A DNA stretch of 64,000 nt from Octopus vulgaris (GCA_951406725.2 OX597831.1:64852001-64916000), one strand, 5' to 3'; counted from the first letter of the stretch, positions 1-12,410 are shown. Notes: a model not told the origin generated them from the letters alone. Made by a program: numbers and translations.

Positions 1-597
1 ACTTAAAGGAACTAGTTGTTATACATGCGGCTTTTATTACCGCCTGTATTGCAACTAGGCCTTTAGCTTATCACCATCAGTTCTCTGTCCTTTGTCTTGG
101 CGTCCTCTTTTGGATGCAGCTCTAGTATGGTCTTGACCCTCAGTTGTATCTCGTCACCCTTGCGCTTATCACTCAGCCAGTCTTCGATACAAAAGTACTA
201 ACAAACCAGAGATCAATATCGTTACCAATGATCTTGATCGTCATCTTTGTATCTTTCTCCTAAATACTAAGGCAGGAGTAAATGGACGGAGGTATATTTA
301 ACTATTTCAGTCTGTGTTTCAGTTTTGAAAATATGTTAGTCTTATTAGCTTTGTCACATTTAGTCGAGAGAATTTTTCCCGATATTTCATGGAGTATCAA
401 GAATGTGGAGGCACCCAGCTGCAAAAGGGAAAGATGCACTTGTTAGCATCGGTGCATTGTGTTGAATCCCCGCCCACCAAATAATCATATTTGTTGAGCA
501 TCAAGACAGACATGCGCGTGTTTCGTAATTCCACTCTGCTTGGGACAATATTCTTAGAAAGATAATTTCTCTCTAAAAGCCTTTTGTTAAGGTTAAG

Positions 598-795
598 CCA
601 ATGCATCAAGGCGTGACAGCTAACTTCAAGTTATATATGAGAAGAACTTTCAAACAACTTATGAAAGCAATTGACAAGAAGGATAAGCGTTACAGTTAGA
701 CATTTCTGGAAGAAATTCAACATAATGGATGTTGTGGATAATATAGGTAAGTCATGGGACGACTTTGGATAATGTCTGGAAAAGTATATAACCAG
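598..795 (+). mobile_element. pogo/Tigger-like transposase remnant
   Basis: Frameshifted translation PMHQGVTANFKLY..MRRTFKQLMKAIDKK..VRHFWKKFNIMDVVDNIGKSWD resembles the QPMDQGVI..FK..Y..R / FWK..NI C-terminal motifs of Tigger-type DDE_1 transposases. Confidence 0.65.
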
Positions 796-928
796 ACTAT
801 AATTATTCCTAAAGGGTTGGCACTTGTAGGGGAAGATCTGCAGGGGTTTAACCGATAATGATCCTATTCATAAGCGTAACACAAAAATTACAAGAGGAGT
901 TTACAAGGAACTCAGTGCCTATATTAGT

Positions 929-1240
929 GGAGGCACATGACCTAGTGATTAGAGCAGCGGACTCGCGGTCGAGGGATCGCGGGTTCGAATCCCAGACCGG
1001 GCAATGTGTTTGTTTATGAGCGAAACACCTAAGCTCCAAGCGGCTCCGACAGAAGGTAATGGCGAACTTCTACTGACTCTTTTGCCACCACTTTCTCTCG
1101 CTCTTTCCTCCTGCATCTTTCAGTTCACCTGCGACGGACCGGCGTCCCGTCCAGGTGAGGAAACTATACGCCAAGGAAACCGGGAAACCGGCCCTTATGA
1201 GCCAGGCATGGCTCGAGAAGGAACAAACAACAAAAAAACA
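929..1240 (+). mobile_element. tRNA(Arg)-derived SINE, family A1 (OR1/OR2-like), full length
   Basis: tRNA-like head with A box (TGACCTAGTGATT) and B box (GGTTCGAATCCC); A/AAC-rich tail; 13-bp TSD CAGTGCCT(A/G)TATT at 913-925 and 1239-1251; near-identical copies at 17.9 kb and 49.9 kb. Confidence 0.92.
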
Positions 1241-1720
1241 GTGCCTGTATTGAACTGTACAAAGAGTTGGTGCATCATAAACAAAAGATAACTTTGGATA
1301 AGTTTTTCACCCTTCAAGCTGATGTTGGTGATAATAATCTATAAAATAGTAAATATTCTCCCTCATCTTCTAAGTAATGCTCATTCCATCACAACACCTC
1401 GCACAATAGTCAGCATCTTTTCTGGTAAGAACACACTCTTATGATAATATGGTTCTTATAAATTCCTTAACGTATTCCTCTTGAAATGTTTTTGTGTTTT
1501 TATGTATCTATATTGTCCCGTGCATGTTTAGAAATTGTTATTTTTTATGTGACCGTGTTGTTTGTTGTCTTGTGCTTCTATTTTTTTTCTTTTCGAAAAA
1601 GTCCGTAGGAACACAAACTCACTTAAGAATCGATAGGAAAAATTAATTTTGCATCATAGAATTTCGCGTTACGGTCAAATTTCAGTAACGCATTACTTCC
1701 ATAAAGCGAGAGATTACTGT

Positions 1721-1757
1721 AACAACAACAGCAACAACAACAACAACAACAACAACA

Positions 1758-1816
<59 letters not shown>

Positions 1817-1817
1817 A

Positions 1818-1859
<42 letters not shown>

Positions 1860-1887
1860 GCCGCAACAACAACAGCAACAACAACAA
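1721..1887. repeat. Compound (AAC)n/(TAC)n microsatellite
   Basis: Seen directly; explains the poly-N/Y ORF at 1649. Confidence 0.97.
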
Positions 1888-2221
1888 TTTTCCTATTTTA
1901 ATAATTATAATAAATAGTTTAAGTAAAATCGATATGTGAATGTCATTTATGGTCGAAAAGGAACAGTTCCATAAAATCTTAGAGAAAGTTTTAGACTACT
2001 TCAATTCGGTGACAAAGCAGATCTAGAGATATCGGTTAGAATCATTAAAAGAACCACAAAGAAGAACGTCCTGTTGAGCAGACAAGCAAATGATGAAAGT
2101 TTATCCATTACAAAAGGAAACTGCGGCAAAGATGTGATTACGAATGAAATATTTACGGAAAGAAAGGTTAGAGTGAAATGTCAAACAGTAAAATAAAAGC
2201 GTGAACGGATAAGTACTGTAC

Positions 2222-2231
<10 letters not shown>

Positions 2232-2293
<62 letters not shown>
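2232..2293. repeat. (AG)n microsatellite
   Basis: Seen directly. Confidence 0.97.
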
Positions 2294-2296
<3 letters not shown>

Positions 2297-3049
2297 AGAA
2301 AATACTATTCTATTAAAAGAGAGGCAGAGGATACAATGTTCTGCATTGGGCAAAAGGTGAAATTTATGGAACAATCAGAATGAATGGGAAACGAAAAAAA
2401 TATTCTATGAAAGGAAATGTATTTACTCAGCGATTATAATCGGCTCGAGAAGAATATAAAGAAAAGGAAAAGAGAAAGCTATGCGTGTAATTGGGAAGAT
2501 CAATGACGAATACACAAAATAGACAAAAAATGTTGACCAAATAAGAAGAAGAAGGAAAAGTGAAGAAAAATGTTAGTATTTCATGGCAGTAGAGGTGAGG
2601 TTCTTGGGTGAAAGTTGGTGGAGAAGGATCTAAAAGGGGGAAACAGGTAATTAAAAGAAATATTGCTAAAACAAAACTGACTGAAACTAGCAAGATAAAT
2701 TCATATCTGATGCGTAGCAAAAAAAAAAGTCAGCCATATTGTGAGAGGATGTAGTATGATGGCGCAACAAAGGAAGGCAGGATTATAAGGGAAAAGATAC
2801 ACACATGGAAGTTTGTTGGAAGTTTACATTTCAAATAGATTTAAAATGGTACCACCGGCATGACCCCAGTCCAATGACCGAAACTGGTAACGGGATAAAG
2901 GGATACTCGGACCGAAGCTGTTATTAATAATTACAATTATAAGATCACGTGGGATTTCACTGTACATTTTAACAATGTTATAGAGATGGAGAAGCTAGAT
3001 ATGGTTTTACTAGAAAAAAGTTAAGTAGGTAAGATCACAGATTTTACTG

Positions 3050-3260
3050 TATCCTATGTTTTGTAGAATAGATTCAAAAAAGATTTGAAAGTAGGCTTTG
3101 TTCCTCATACTCTCTACAATGTATTGCATAAGATCGAGGTTGTAGATCGCGCATCTTTGCGTTTGCCCAACCAGGACACTGACAAAAAACGTCAACCTTT
3201 TCGCTAACACCTTGACCAAAATCTTAAACTGTTTAGCAGAGATATGAACCGAAATGCCTG
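3050..3260 (-). mobile_element. L1/Tx1-clade LINE reverse transcriptase fragment
   Basis: KILVKVLAKRL..V..LVGQTQRCAI matches the Tx1/L1 RT segment; closely similar DNA at about 11680-11840. Confidence 0.8.
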
Positions 3261-3331
3261 GGTAATGTCATTGAAAGCTATCTTTTTTGTTATAAAAACC
3301 ACTGAAAACAACGCCAAAACATGTTCAAGAG

Positions 3332-3565
3332 ACTCTTTTACTCTTTTATTCTTTTACTTGTTTCAGTCATGTGATTGTGGCCATGCTGGAGCACCGCTTT
3401 TACTCGAGAAAATTGACCCCGGGACTTATTCTTTGTAAGCCTAGTACTTATTCTATCGGTCTCTTTTGCCGAACCGCTAAGTTACGGGGACGTAAACACA
3501 CCAGCATCGGTTGTCAAGCGATGTCGGGGGGACAAACACAGACACACAAACATATACACACACAT

Positions 3566-3617
<52 letters not shown>

Positions 3618-3780
3618 GACGTGCCCCATTCTGACACCGTCCACCAAATCCACCCACAAGGTTTTGGTCGGCCTGAAGCTATAGCAGAAGACACTTGCCC
3701 AAGGTGCCACGAAGTGGGACTGAACCCGGAACCATGTGGTTCGTAAGCAAGCTACTTACCACATAGCCACTCCTACGTCT
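3332..3780 (-). mobile_element. tRNA-derived SINE, family B (internal microsatellite, (AAAAGAGT)-type tail)
   Basis: Head ..GGAGTGGCT.TGTGGTAAGTAGCTTG..GGTTCAGTCCC; internal CA/TA tract; more than 12 copies in the window. Confidence 0.9.
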
Positions 3781-4598
3781 ATATGAGAAACTTTGTAATT
3801 AAGATTCCAGTGAATGGAGTTGCAGAAAGTCTATGTTCTCCTCTTCAGCTAGAATTTTCGCAAAATCATTGACAATTGTAGAAACATGTTAGCAATTCTC
3901 AAAACATAACGATATTTATTTTAGTTATTGCAATGGCAACTTTAATAATAAAAACAGATGAAAGAGGGAAATAGAAGAAATCAGTTACTAATAATCAACA
4001 AAATGGGGTGGAAGTTTGATAATATCATACGATATGTATTTACATCAGGTCACATTGGTGACTTTATTGTATTTAAACACAATGATTTTATTTCACAGTC
4101 TGTCCATAATAAACATAGAGTGACGGTCGCTGATTTTCTGCTGTCATTAAATTATTTGTGTGTTTCGTTTAATTATTCAGCTGCTCATCAAATATTAATT
4201 CTTTCATGTCCAAACACACGTAGAACACACATTGATTGATTATTAAACATTAATCATCTCACTTTTCACCTTATTACATCAAAACTTATTAAGTACCTTT
4301 AATATTTTATTATTGACCACAGTACCTCAGCTTTAATTCGGATCACGTGCTCTATAATAAATACTTTTGCACGTTTTCACTTACATTGTTTGAGTTTTGT
4401 ATTCTGTTCCCATCGTTTATTCTTCAATATTTGAACGTGTTATGCTCACAAAGGTAGTTCTAAGGGCGTTGGCATACGACAGAACGTATTTGAAAAACTA
4501 AAGAATATAGTTTTACAGTGACTGTACAATATCACCTCTTCTACCTTCAGAGTTGATACATATAATTTTATGTTTTTTTATGTACAGTTTTATATATA

Positions 4599-4986
4599 TA
4601 GTTTGTGTAAAAAGTCTGGCTGCATCCGAAAAAATATATATTATGAAACAAAAATAAACAAAATTTATTACACGAATCTGTTACCACCACGACAGTCAAC
4701 TATTTGACGCCGAACATGAGTTTGATGTTGAATACATCCACGAATGTTCCGCTCAGATAGCTCTTCCCAAGACTGCAAGACGGCTTCGTGCAATTCATGC
4801 CTCGTTGTAGGGTTTTTCAGTTCAACTTTATCGGCCAAAACTTTGAAAATGCCTTCATCTAATGGATTCCACGTGTAAACATGTGTTGAATAAAACTCAC
4901 TGAATAAATCTTAATTAACTGGGTTGTCAATTGTATGCACCTGACATATGTTAACGTGTATGCAGCCAGACTTTTCACACAGAGAA
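4599..4986 (-). mobile_element. Internally deleted Tc1-family DNA transposon
   Basis: TIRs TGTGT(A/G)AAAAGTCTGGCTGCAT at both ends, next to a TA run; minus strand 4670-4870 encodes NPLDEGIFKVLADKVELKNPTTRHELHEAVLQSWEEL..RQIVDCRGG, a Tc1-type transposase C-terminus. Confidence 0.85.
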
Positions 4987-5129
4987 TAGTTTTTAGCGTT
5001 ACGTCAAAAAGCGAGCGTGCTTAAGAAAAAACTACAAACTATAGTATATGGCAAAGTAATGCTCCATTTCTCTTCGTCAGTTAATGGAGGCAATGAAAGC
5101 ATCTCTGGAAATAAAATCAATCTTAAAAA

Positions 5130-7075
5130 ATATTAAATTACACGAAACAATTGGTGTTTGTATGTACACACACAAATTAATTAGCTGTAACATGAAGAAA
5201 CGGAAAGTAGATCTCTATTCAGGAGACACACTCTTAGGAAAAGTTAATATCTATTTCTTTACTACCCACAAGGGGCTAAACATAGAGGGGACAAACAAGG
5301 ACAAACAAACGAATTAAGTCGATTATATCGACCCCAGTGTGTAACTGGTACTTTATTTATCGACCCCGAAGCGATGAAAGGCAAAGTCGACCTCGGCGGA
5401 ATTTGAACTCAGAACGTAACAGCAGATGAAATACGGCTACGCATTTCGCCCGGCGTGCTAACATTTCTGCCAGCTCGCCGCCTTAGGAAAAGTTAATATC
5501 AAAAGAGGAATTTTCCAGGGTGACTAGTTGTCTCCTTTAATATTTGTCTTTTGTTTGATCACCCTCGGTTTAGTATTAAAGAAGGCAAAGGCATAGGAAA
5601 GGGAAAATTAACCATTTGCTCTACATGGATGATCTGAAGTTTTTTAGTAAGAATGAAAAAGTGATAGATTCCTTAACACAGACTGTAAGACTCTTCAGCA
5701 AAGATATAGGCATGGAATTTGGCATAGATAAGTGTGCAGTATTAATCATGAGAAGGGGACAGGTAGTCAACAGCGAAGGCATCCAATAACCAGATGCCTC
5801 TCCTGCATTGAAAGGAGGAGAGATTTATAATTATCTAGGAGCATTAGAATCTGGCAGGGTGCTAACCTCAGAAATGAAAACGAAAATTGAGAAGCAGTAC
5901 ATCAGAAGGGTGTGGAAGCTAATGAAGTCAAAGCTAAATGGTCCGAAATTAGTGAAGGCTGTATATACTCAGCAGCTCTTGTAGATTGAACAAAAACTGA
6001 ATTAGCAAAACTAGACAGAAGAACTAGGAAGGAATTCAATATGAATGGTGGATTCCACACAAGGGCAGGAGTAGCAAGATTATATCTATCTAGAAAGGAA
6101 GGCGGAAGAAGGTTAATATCAGTAGAAGACTGCGTGGAGTTAACTAGAGTAGAAATAGACTTCTACGTAGGTAATAGTGAAGAAAGTTTATTGAAAGCTG
6201 CTTGAATCACAGTAAGATATAGGGAAACCAAAAAAACCCAAACGAACTTAAAAACCAGAAAAAAGAACAGAAATTATCTGACTGACAGGAGAAGACGTTG
6301 CATGGTAGGTTCCCCAAGATAGCTACAGCAAACAATAGTAGTGAGACATAGTTATGGTTGCAGAAAAGAAAGATGAAGAAGGAGATAGAAAGTTAGTTAG
6401 TAGCTGCACAAAATCAAGCGTTAAGGACTAATTGGATAAAAGCCAAGATAGATAAAATCCAAGTTGATTCCCAATGTAGATTATGCAAATCAAAAGAGGA
6501 AAGCGTTACCCATAGAGTAAGTGAATGTAGCATGTCGGCACAGAAAGAATACAAGAAAAGACATTACAATCTAGGGAGAGTAATCCACCGGGAGCTATGT
6601 AGAAAGCTAGTATTTGAAGATACTGATAAATGGTATGAACATTAACCTAATAAAGTACTAGAAGGTAAGAAATATAAGATGTTGTAAGACTTTAACATTT
6701 AGACTGACAGAGTAAAAGAAGCCAGAAGTCCTGATTTGGTAGTAATAGATAAAGAGCATAGAAAGTGCCAGTTAATTGACTTTACAGTCCCAAACGATGA
6801 GAACATTAATATGAAAAGTATAGAGAAAAATACGAAGTACCAGGACCTAGCTATTGAATTACAGACACTGTGGAAAGTGCGGGTAAGATTGTATCTTAGT
6901 AGCTATAGTTGCATTGGGAACTGTCCCTAAAGATGTGAACAGATGGATAAAGGAAATAAGCATAAGACCCAGTTTAGTACAGCTACAGAAAACAAAGGTT
7001 CTTGGCATCTAAGGTTACTTGTTGTAGCCCGATGTAAGGATTTTTTCTTTTCCAACAGTCTAATCTGTTGGGTGT
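5130..7075 (+). mobile_element. R4/Dong-clade non-LTR retrotransposon, 5'-truncated and decayed (RT + zinc knuckle + restriction-like endonuclease)
   Basis: RGIFQGD.LSP, NHLLYMDDLK, GMEFGIDKC, CRLCKSKEESVTH..SEC..KRH, PDLVVIDK..CQLIDFTVP..EKNTKYQDL; many stops and frameshifts; ends at a (TA)n array. Confidence 0.92.
5252..5483 (-). mobile_element. tRNA-derived SINE, family C, inserted in the R4 element
   Basis: Head GGCGGCGAGCTGGCAGAA..GAGTTCAAATTCC; central GTCGACTTTGCCTTTCATC block; exact 19-bp TSD CTTAGGAAAAGTTAATATC at 5233-5251 and 5482-5500. Confidence 0.95.
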
Positions 7076-7086
7076 ACGTATATGAA

Positions 7087-7159
<73 letters not shown>

Positions 7160-7164
<5 letters not shown>

Positions 7165-7417
7165 ATACAATATGTTACATTACTCGGTAGTCAAGATAAA
7201 ACTCTGAGTTTCAGATGCCGAAGTGGAAATCCACAACACCATCTCTTCGGTTATCTGGCTATAACCGAAGAGATGGTGTTGTGGATTTCCACTTCGGCAT
7301 CTGAAACTCAGAGTTTTATCTTGACTACCGAGTAATGTAACATATTGTATAGATAAATTTCCTCTATTTACATAATATTGAGGTCTCTTTCTTTCTTTTG
7401 TTATCTTACCGTTTTAT

Positions 7418-7419
<2 letters not shown>
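7160..7419 (+). mobile_element. Palindromic Penelope-like terminal module in a (TA)n array
   Basis: Perfect 95-bp inverted arms (7160-7254 and 7261-7355), 6-nt loop, about 65-nt one-sided tail, (TA)n on both sides, HHR-like motif inside. Confidence 0.75.
7261..7319 (+). ncRNA. Variant minimal hammerhead ribozyme motif
   Basis: ATAA-CCGAAGA-GATG..CATC-T-GAA-ACT-CAG-AGT-T-TTAT: stems I, II and III can form; U4C variant and one extra U before G12. Confidence 0.55.
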
Positions 7420-7460
<41 letters not shown>

Positions 7461-7513
7461 CATATATATACATATGTATATATATATATATATATACACA
7501 CATATGTATGTAT

Positions 7514-7577
<64 letters not shown>

Positions 7578-7860
7578 TTCTTTGTGTGTGTGTATGTGTA
7601 GTTTACGTAATAAGAATTTAGAAACTTGAAAGATACGAAACAAATCCTTAGTAAATCCTTAAGTAAATAATCTTAGGAATAATAGCATGTAAGCATTCGA
7701 TTTTAAAAAACCTTTTGTATAGAACAAGTCGAAAGCTTCCCGAGACTCGAACCTGGGTTCGAGGCTCACTAAGGCCTTCGACTTTTTCTATTCGACAGAT
7801 TTTTTTTATCCAAATATATACATGCTTATTTATGTCTTTATGTGATTCGTGTTCGCTGTT

Positions 7861-8200
7861 GTAGTAAGAAGCTGGCTCCCCAACCACATGGTTCTGGGTT
7901 CAGTTTCACTGCGTGGCACCTCGAGCAAGTGTCCTCTGCTATAGTCTCAGGACGGCCAAAGCCTTGTGAGTTAATTGTGTGAGTGTGTGTGTGTGTGTGT
8001 GTCCGTACGCGCGCACGTCACTTGACAACAGGTGTTGGTTTGTTTATGTCCCCGTAGTTTAGTGGTTAGGCAATATGACCGATAGAATGTTTACTTGTTG
8101 TTTTTGCGTAACCACTAAGCTACGGGGACATAAACAAACCAATACCTGTTGTCACGTGACGTGCGCGTGTACAGACACACACACAAACACACACACACAT
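7861..8200 (+). mobile_element. Decayed family B SINE with a fold-back inverted duplication
   Basis: Family B head at 7861; about 8005-8068 is inverted at about 8109-8172 with few mismatches. Confidence 0.8.
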
Positions 8201-8237
8201 ACACACACACACACACACACACAAAACACACAAACAT

Positions 8238-8325
8238 ACATCCAATAACCAGATGGTCAAACATTACAATCATCGAAAAGAGGAGAGATTTATAATTACC
8301 TAGGAGTATTAGAATCTGGCAGGGT
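8238..8325 (+). mobile_element. Short second fragment of the R4-clade element
   Basis: CATCCAATAACCAGATG..GAGGAGAGATTTATAATTA.CTAGGAG.ATTAGAATCTGGCAGGGT also occurs at about 5780-5860. Confidence 0.8.
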
Positions 8326-8606
8326 TAGTCAAATAGTAACCAATAATGCCCAGTTTTGTCCACTTGACATTCCATTTTAATGATTTGAAAATACACAAAA
8401 TTTAATAAAATCTTGTAGAGCAAAAAATTCTCTTTCAAATAACATAAAACATTTTGCCAATGCGTTTTATTTCTGCATGCATTTTTACATTTGAAAACAA
8501 AAAAGAGTTCATGAATTATTCCTTAATCCAATATTTTACCGTTATTATTTTCGAGGGAATTTTAACTATTTATTACAGTTATCTGTATGTAGATTCTACG
8601 ATAATA

Positions 8607-9055
8607 CTGGTTTTAAATGTTAGCACACAATCAGTAATTTCGGGGTGGGGGGTAAGTCGATAACATCGACCCCAGTGTTTGACTGGTACTGAATTTATTG
8701 ACCCCGAAAGGATGAAAGTTGACCTCGGTGACATTTGAAGTCAAAACATGAAAACGGACGAAATGCCGCTAAGCATTTTGCCCGTCGTGCTAACGATTCT
8801 GCCAGATCGCAACCTTAGATTCTACGATAATATTGATTTCAAATTTTGGCTCAAAACCAGCTATTTCGGGGAGGTAGTAAGTCATTTGCATCGACTTCAG
8901 TACTCAACTGGTCTTATATATATTTTTTCATCATTTCCGAAAGGATGAAAGGCAAAGTCGACCTCGGCGGAATTTGAACTCAGAAACGTAGCGGCAAACG
9001 AAATACCGCAAAGCATTTCGCCCGGCGTGCTAACGTTTCTACCAGCTCACTACCT
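8607..9055 (-). mobile_element. Two tandem family C SINEs
   Basis: Two decayed family C copies, flanked and separated by TAGATTCT(A/G)CGATAATA at 8590, 8816 and 9056. Confidence 0.85.
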
Positions 9056-9659
9056 TAGATTCTGCGATAATATTGACATTATATTAGAATTACTATAATC
9101 CCTATTATATAGAATTCTGTCTTTGCCTAAACAATATTTGTAATAAAATATTTCACTATGGCGACTTTGCCTCAAAATAATCTTGAATGTATGACCAATT
9201 CTATAACAGTATTAATTTGGTATGAATACAATATTTATCTCAACCTCATATGAAATGTACTGCAAGTTTAGAAGTATGTTACTCTCATAATTACTAATAT
9301 AATCCTTTTGTGATATTGTAAGTTGACATTCTGCCTTAATGCCCTGTATTTATTACAGAATCCCTCATTTGCCTCCGAGCTACACAGTCCAATGCAACTT
9401 ATTGTCAGTAAACTTTTAATATCGCATCTGTCACCATCACTAGCTCTGCTTGTCACGATCGTTAGTTGACCGACTGATATTTACCTTGCCACTTGGCTCT
9501 GTTTACTGAATACACACACATTACTAAGTCGTCTTAAAGGAATTTCTTTCCGGGCGTCATCTGGTTATCTCTTTCTGGGGACAATAGCAATTCGTATCTA
9601 GCTGCAAAATAAGAAATGCATAGCAACCATTCCACACTGAACAGCGTCGTGAAATCGAT

Positions 9660-9955
9660 CTGTGACGTCATGGCATTGACAAGCGCATAGAAAGCTGGTT
9701 TCATTGAGGAGCCCGCACGTGCGGCGAGGCGGAAGATCTCCAGTAACTGATAGTGGTGTCATTATCATCGAATAACAGGAGAACAAGAAGAAAATATTAA
9801 AAGAAGTTACGCTGGGGTCGTAAAAGACGGAACGGAGGAAAAGATATGAAACAAACAGAAGCCGCGTCACGTGGACAGTTGGCGGACAATGCAAGGTAAG
9901 CATTTTCATTACAAAGCCAGTCTGAACCGGAAGTAAGTATTTGAAGTAAGTGAGT
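9660..9955 (+). promoter_or_regulatory. Candidate promoter/first-exon or enhancer island
   Basis: CpG-richer sequence, unique in this window, with CRE TGACGTCA (9663), E-boxes (9715, 9868), ETS ACCGGAAGT (9926) and donor-like sites AAG|GTAAG (9895) plus two GTAAGT. Confidence 0.35.
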
Positions 9956-10129
9956 TATCTGAAAACGTAAGGAGTGTGCTGCGGGTGAAGTGATACTGAA
10001 GGGTTCGGATCTAATGTAAATACGAGTTGAAGTTGTCGACGTTATTAGAAACAAAGTCAACTAAATCATACACAAATTAAACACTCATATATCAACAACA
10101 ACAGCAACAACAATAACAACAATTTTTAC

Positions 10130-10320
10130 TGAAGGCACACGGCCTGAAATTTGGTGTGTAGGGGACTAGTCGATTATATTGACCCCCAGTGCTCGACTGA
10201 TATTTTATTTTTTATCCAACCCCGAAAAGGATGAAAAGCAAAGTCGACCTCGGCGAAACTTGAACTCAGAATATAAAAGGCAGACGAAATGCCGTTGAGC
10301 ATTTTGTCCGGCGTACTAAT
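10130..10320 (-). mobile_element. Family C SINE (decayed)
   Basis: AAAGTCGACCTCGGCG..TTGAACTCAGAA block shared with other family C copies. Confidence 0.85.
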
Positions 10321-10327
10321 TATACTT

Positions 10328-10374
<47 letters not shown>

Positions 10375-11107
10375 AATGATGATGATGATGATGATGATGG
10401 TGATGGTGATGATGATGATGGTGATGGTGATGATGATGATGGTGATGATGATGATGATGATGCTGACGATGATGGTGATGGTGATGATGATGATGGTGAT
10501 GGTGATGATGGTGATGATGATGGTGATGGTGATGATGAGAGTGATGATGGTGATGATGAGGGTGATGATGATGATGAGGAGGTGGAGAAGGATGATGATG
10601 ATGATGATGATGGTAATGATGAGAGTGATGATGGTGGTGATGAGGGTGATGATGATGATGATGAGGATGATGATGAGGGTGATGATGATGATGATGATGG
10701 TGATGATGAGGGTGATGATGATGATGATGATGATGATGATGGTGATGATGGTGATGATGATGATGATGATGGTGATGATGAGAGTGATGATGGTGATGAT
10801 GAGGGTGATGATGATGATGAGGAGGAGGATGATGATGATGATGAGGAGGAGGAGGAGGATGATGATGATGATGATGGTGATGATGAGAGTGATGATGGTG
10901 ATGATGAGGGTGATGATGATGATGATGAGGATGATGATGATGAGGGTGATGATGATGATGATGATGGTGATGATGAGGGTGATGATGATGAGGGTGATGA
11001 TGTTGATGGTGATGATGATGATGATGATGATGATGAGGATGAGGATGATGAGGATGATGAGGATGATGAGGTGGAGGAGGTAGATGGGGATGATGATGAT
11101 GACGATG
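10328..11107. repeat. Long compound (ATG/GAT)n repeat with higher-order units
   Basis: About 780 bp; the variant block GGTGATGATGAGAGTGATGATGGTGATGATGAGGGT recurs about 4 times. Confidence 0.95.
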
Positions 11108-11239
11108 CCATCAGGGCGATGAAGAGGGGACGATACAAAGACTGACATAAAGGATGGGACTTGGCAGAATCGAACGATAAAAAATCGTGCAACATGAGTA
11201 CAAATCATTAAATAAGATATTACATGTCGACGCAATTCT

Positions 11240-12410
11240 CTTGATACAGGAGGACTTCTTGGGCTAACCTAGAATCCCACCAACCAAGCTCTCCTTTAAC
11301 CATAAGAGCGAGTGCCCTCTTTCATTACCGTTCTCTGACTTAAAAGCATATATTTAGAGCGTTCCCATGCACTCATGCCATTTTCACTCCCACCTACCTT
11401 TCGAAAACTTCACTCAAGGTCAGCACCTCCTTCTTCAGCTTGCGGAACAATGGCTCAAAAGTCACAGAAGAAGCGACAGGGTCATGCTTGCAGTGTGAAT
11501 CTCTTCCGACAGGTAACCGTTTACGTTGGTCACCGAATAGGTACCGCTTACACTGCCATGACCCGGCCACTGAATACAGACTCGAACCCTGTAGTTTTCA
11601 GAACGGCTTCCAAGTAACGATGACCAACCTTATCTAAAGCTTTCTATTGATCCAAATTCATCAGGCCTCTACCGAAGTCAGTTTTGTTCCTCACACTCTC
11701 TACAATGTATTGCATAAGACCGAGGTTGTGGATCGCGCATCTTCGCGTTTGCCCAGCCAGGACACTGACAACAAATGTCAACCTTTTCGCTAACACCTTG
11801 ACCAAAATCTAAAACTCTGTGTTTAGCAGAGATATGAGCGAAAAATTGTCTACGACACCCTCTTTGTCGGCATCCTTTCTTAGCAGTGTTACTACTTCTC
11901 GGTTAAGAATTTTTCCGTTCCGTTACCAACTGCGGTAGGCATTGGCCAAAATATTACCAAAAATGTCTGGTGTAAATTCAAAGAACTCGAAAGGTAGACT
12001 ACCCAAACCACACGATTTGCACTTTGTGCATCCGCTCATCGCCTTCCGTATTTCAGCTTTTCACAATGCCTCACGTCTTCAGCCCAGAGCCACGGCAGGC
12101 CGTCAAGGTAGGGACTAAAGTCCATTGCCGTCTTCGAAATTCCCTACCGCACACCCACCACCAGTCAGAGAGAAATGCTGTTGGAAAGACGCACATATCG
12201 GCACTGAGCCTAGTAGTGCGCATTCGTCCCGATCCATCAAAAATCTGATTGTGGTTTTTGATGCCACGTCGCACCTCCGCCGTTCAGGACCATCGGACTG
12301 CTTTTGTTATCTCGTGTTTTTGCAAACGGTTTTCGCAACATAACCTTCATGCCTTGCGTTAAAGAAATGATAATAGGGGCTATTCTTGCCGATAGCAAGT
12401 CGGTTGCAAT
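11240..12410 (-). mobile_element. L1/Tx1-clade LINE ORF2 remnant
   Basis: ISLLNTEF*ILVKVLAKRL, DQ*KALDKVGH and a GLGSLPFEF-like motif; shares DNA with the 3050-3260 fragment. Confidence 0.8.

Noticed and set aside
21-58. Hairpin followed by CTAG, like a Helitron 3' end
   Set aside because: It lies at the window edge, the stem is imperfect and there is no supporting element body
929-1000. tRNA-Arg(UCG)-like gene (also 18110-18180, 25932-25990, 50150-50219)
   Set aside because: The acceptor stem does not close, and each continues into a SINE body with tail and TSD
10289-11235. Long poly-D/E, poly-M, poly-S and poly-I ORFs (the acidic one resembles biomineral matrix proteins)
   Set aside because: All are frames of one (GAT)n repeat that starts directly after a SINE, with no signal peptide, splice acceptor or unique coding flank
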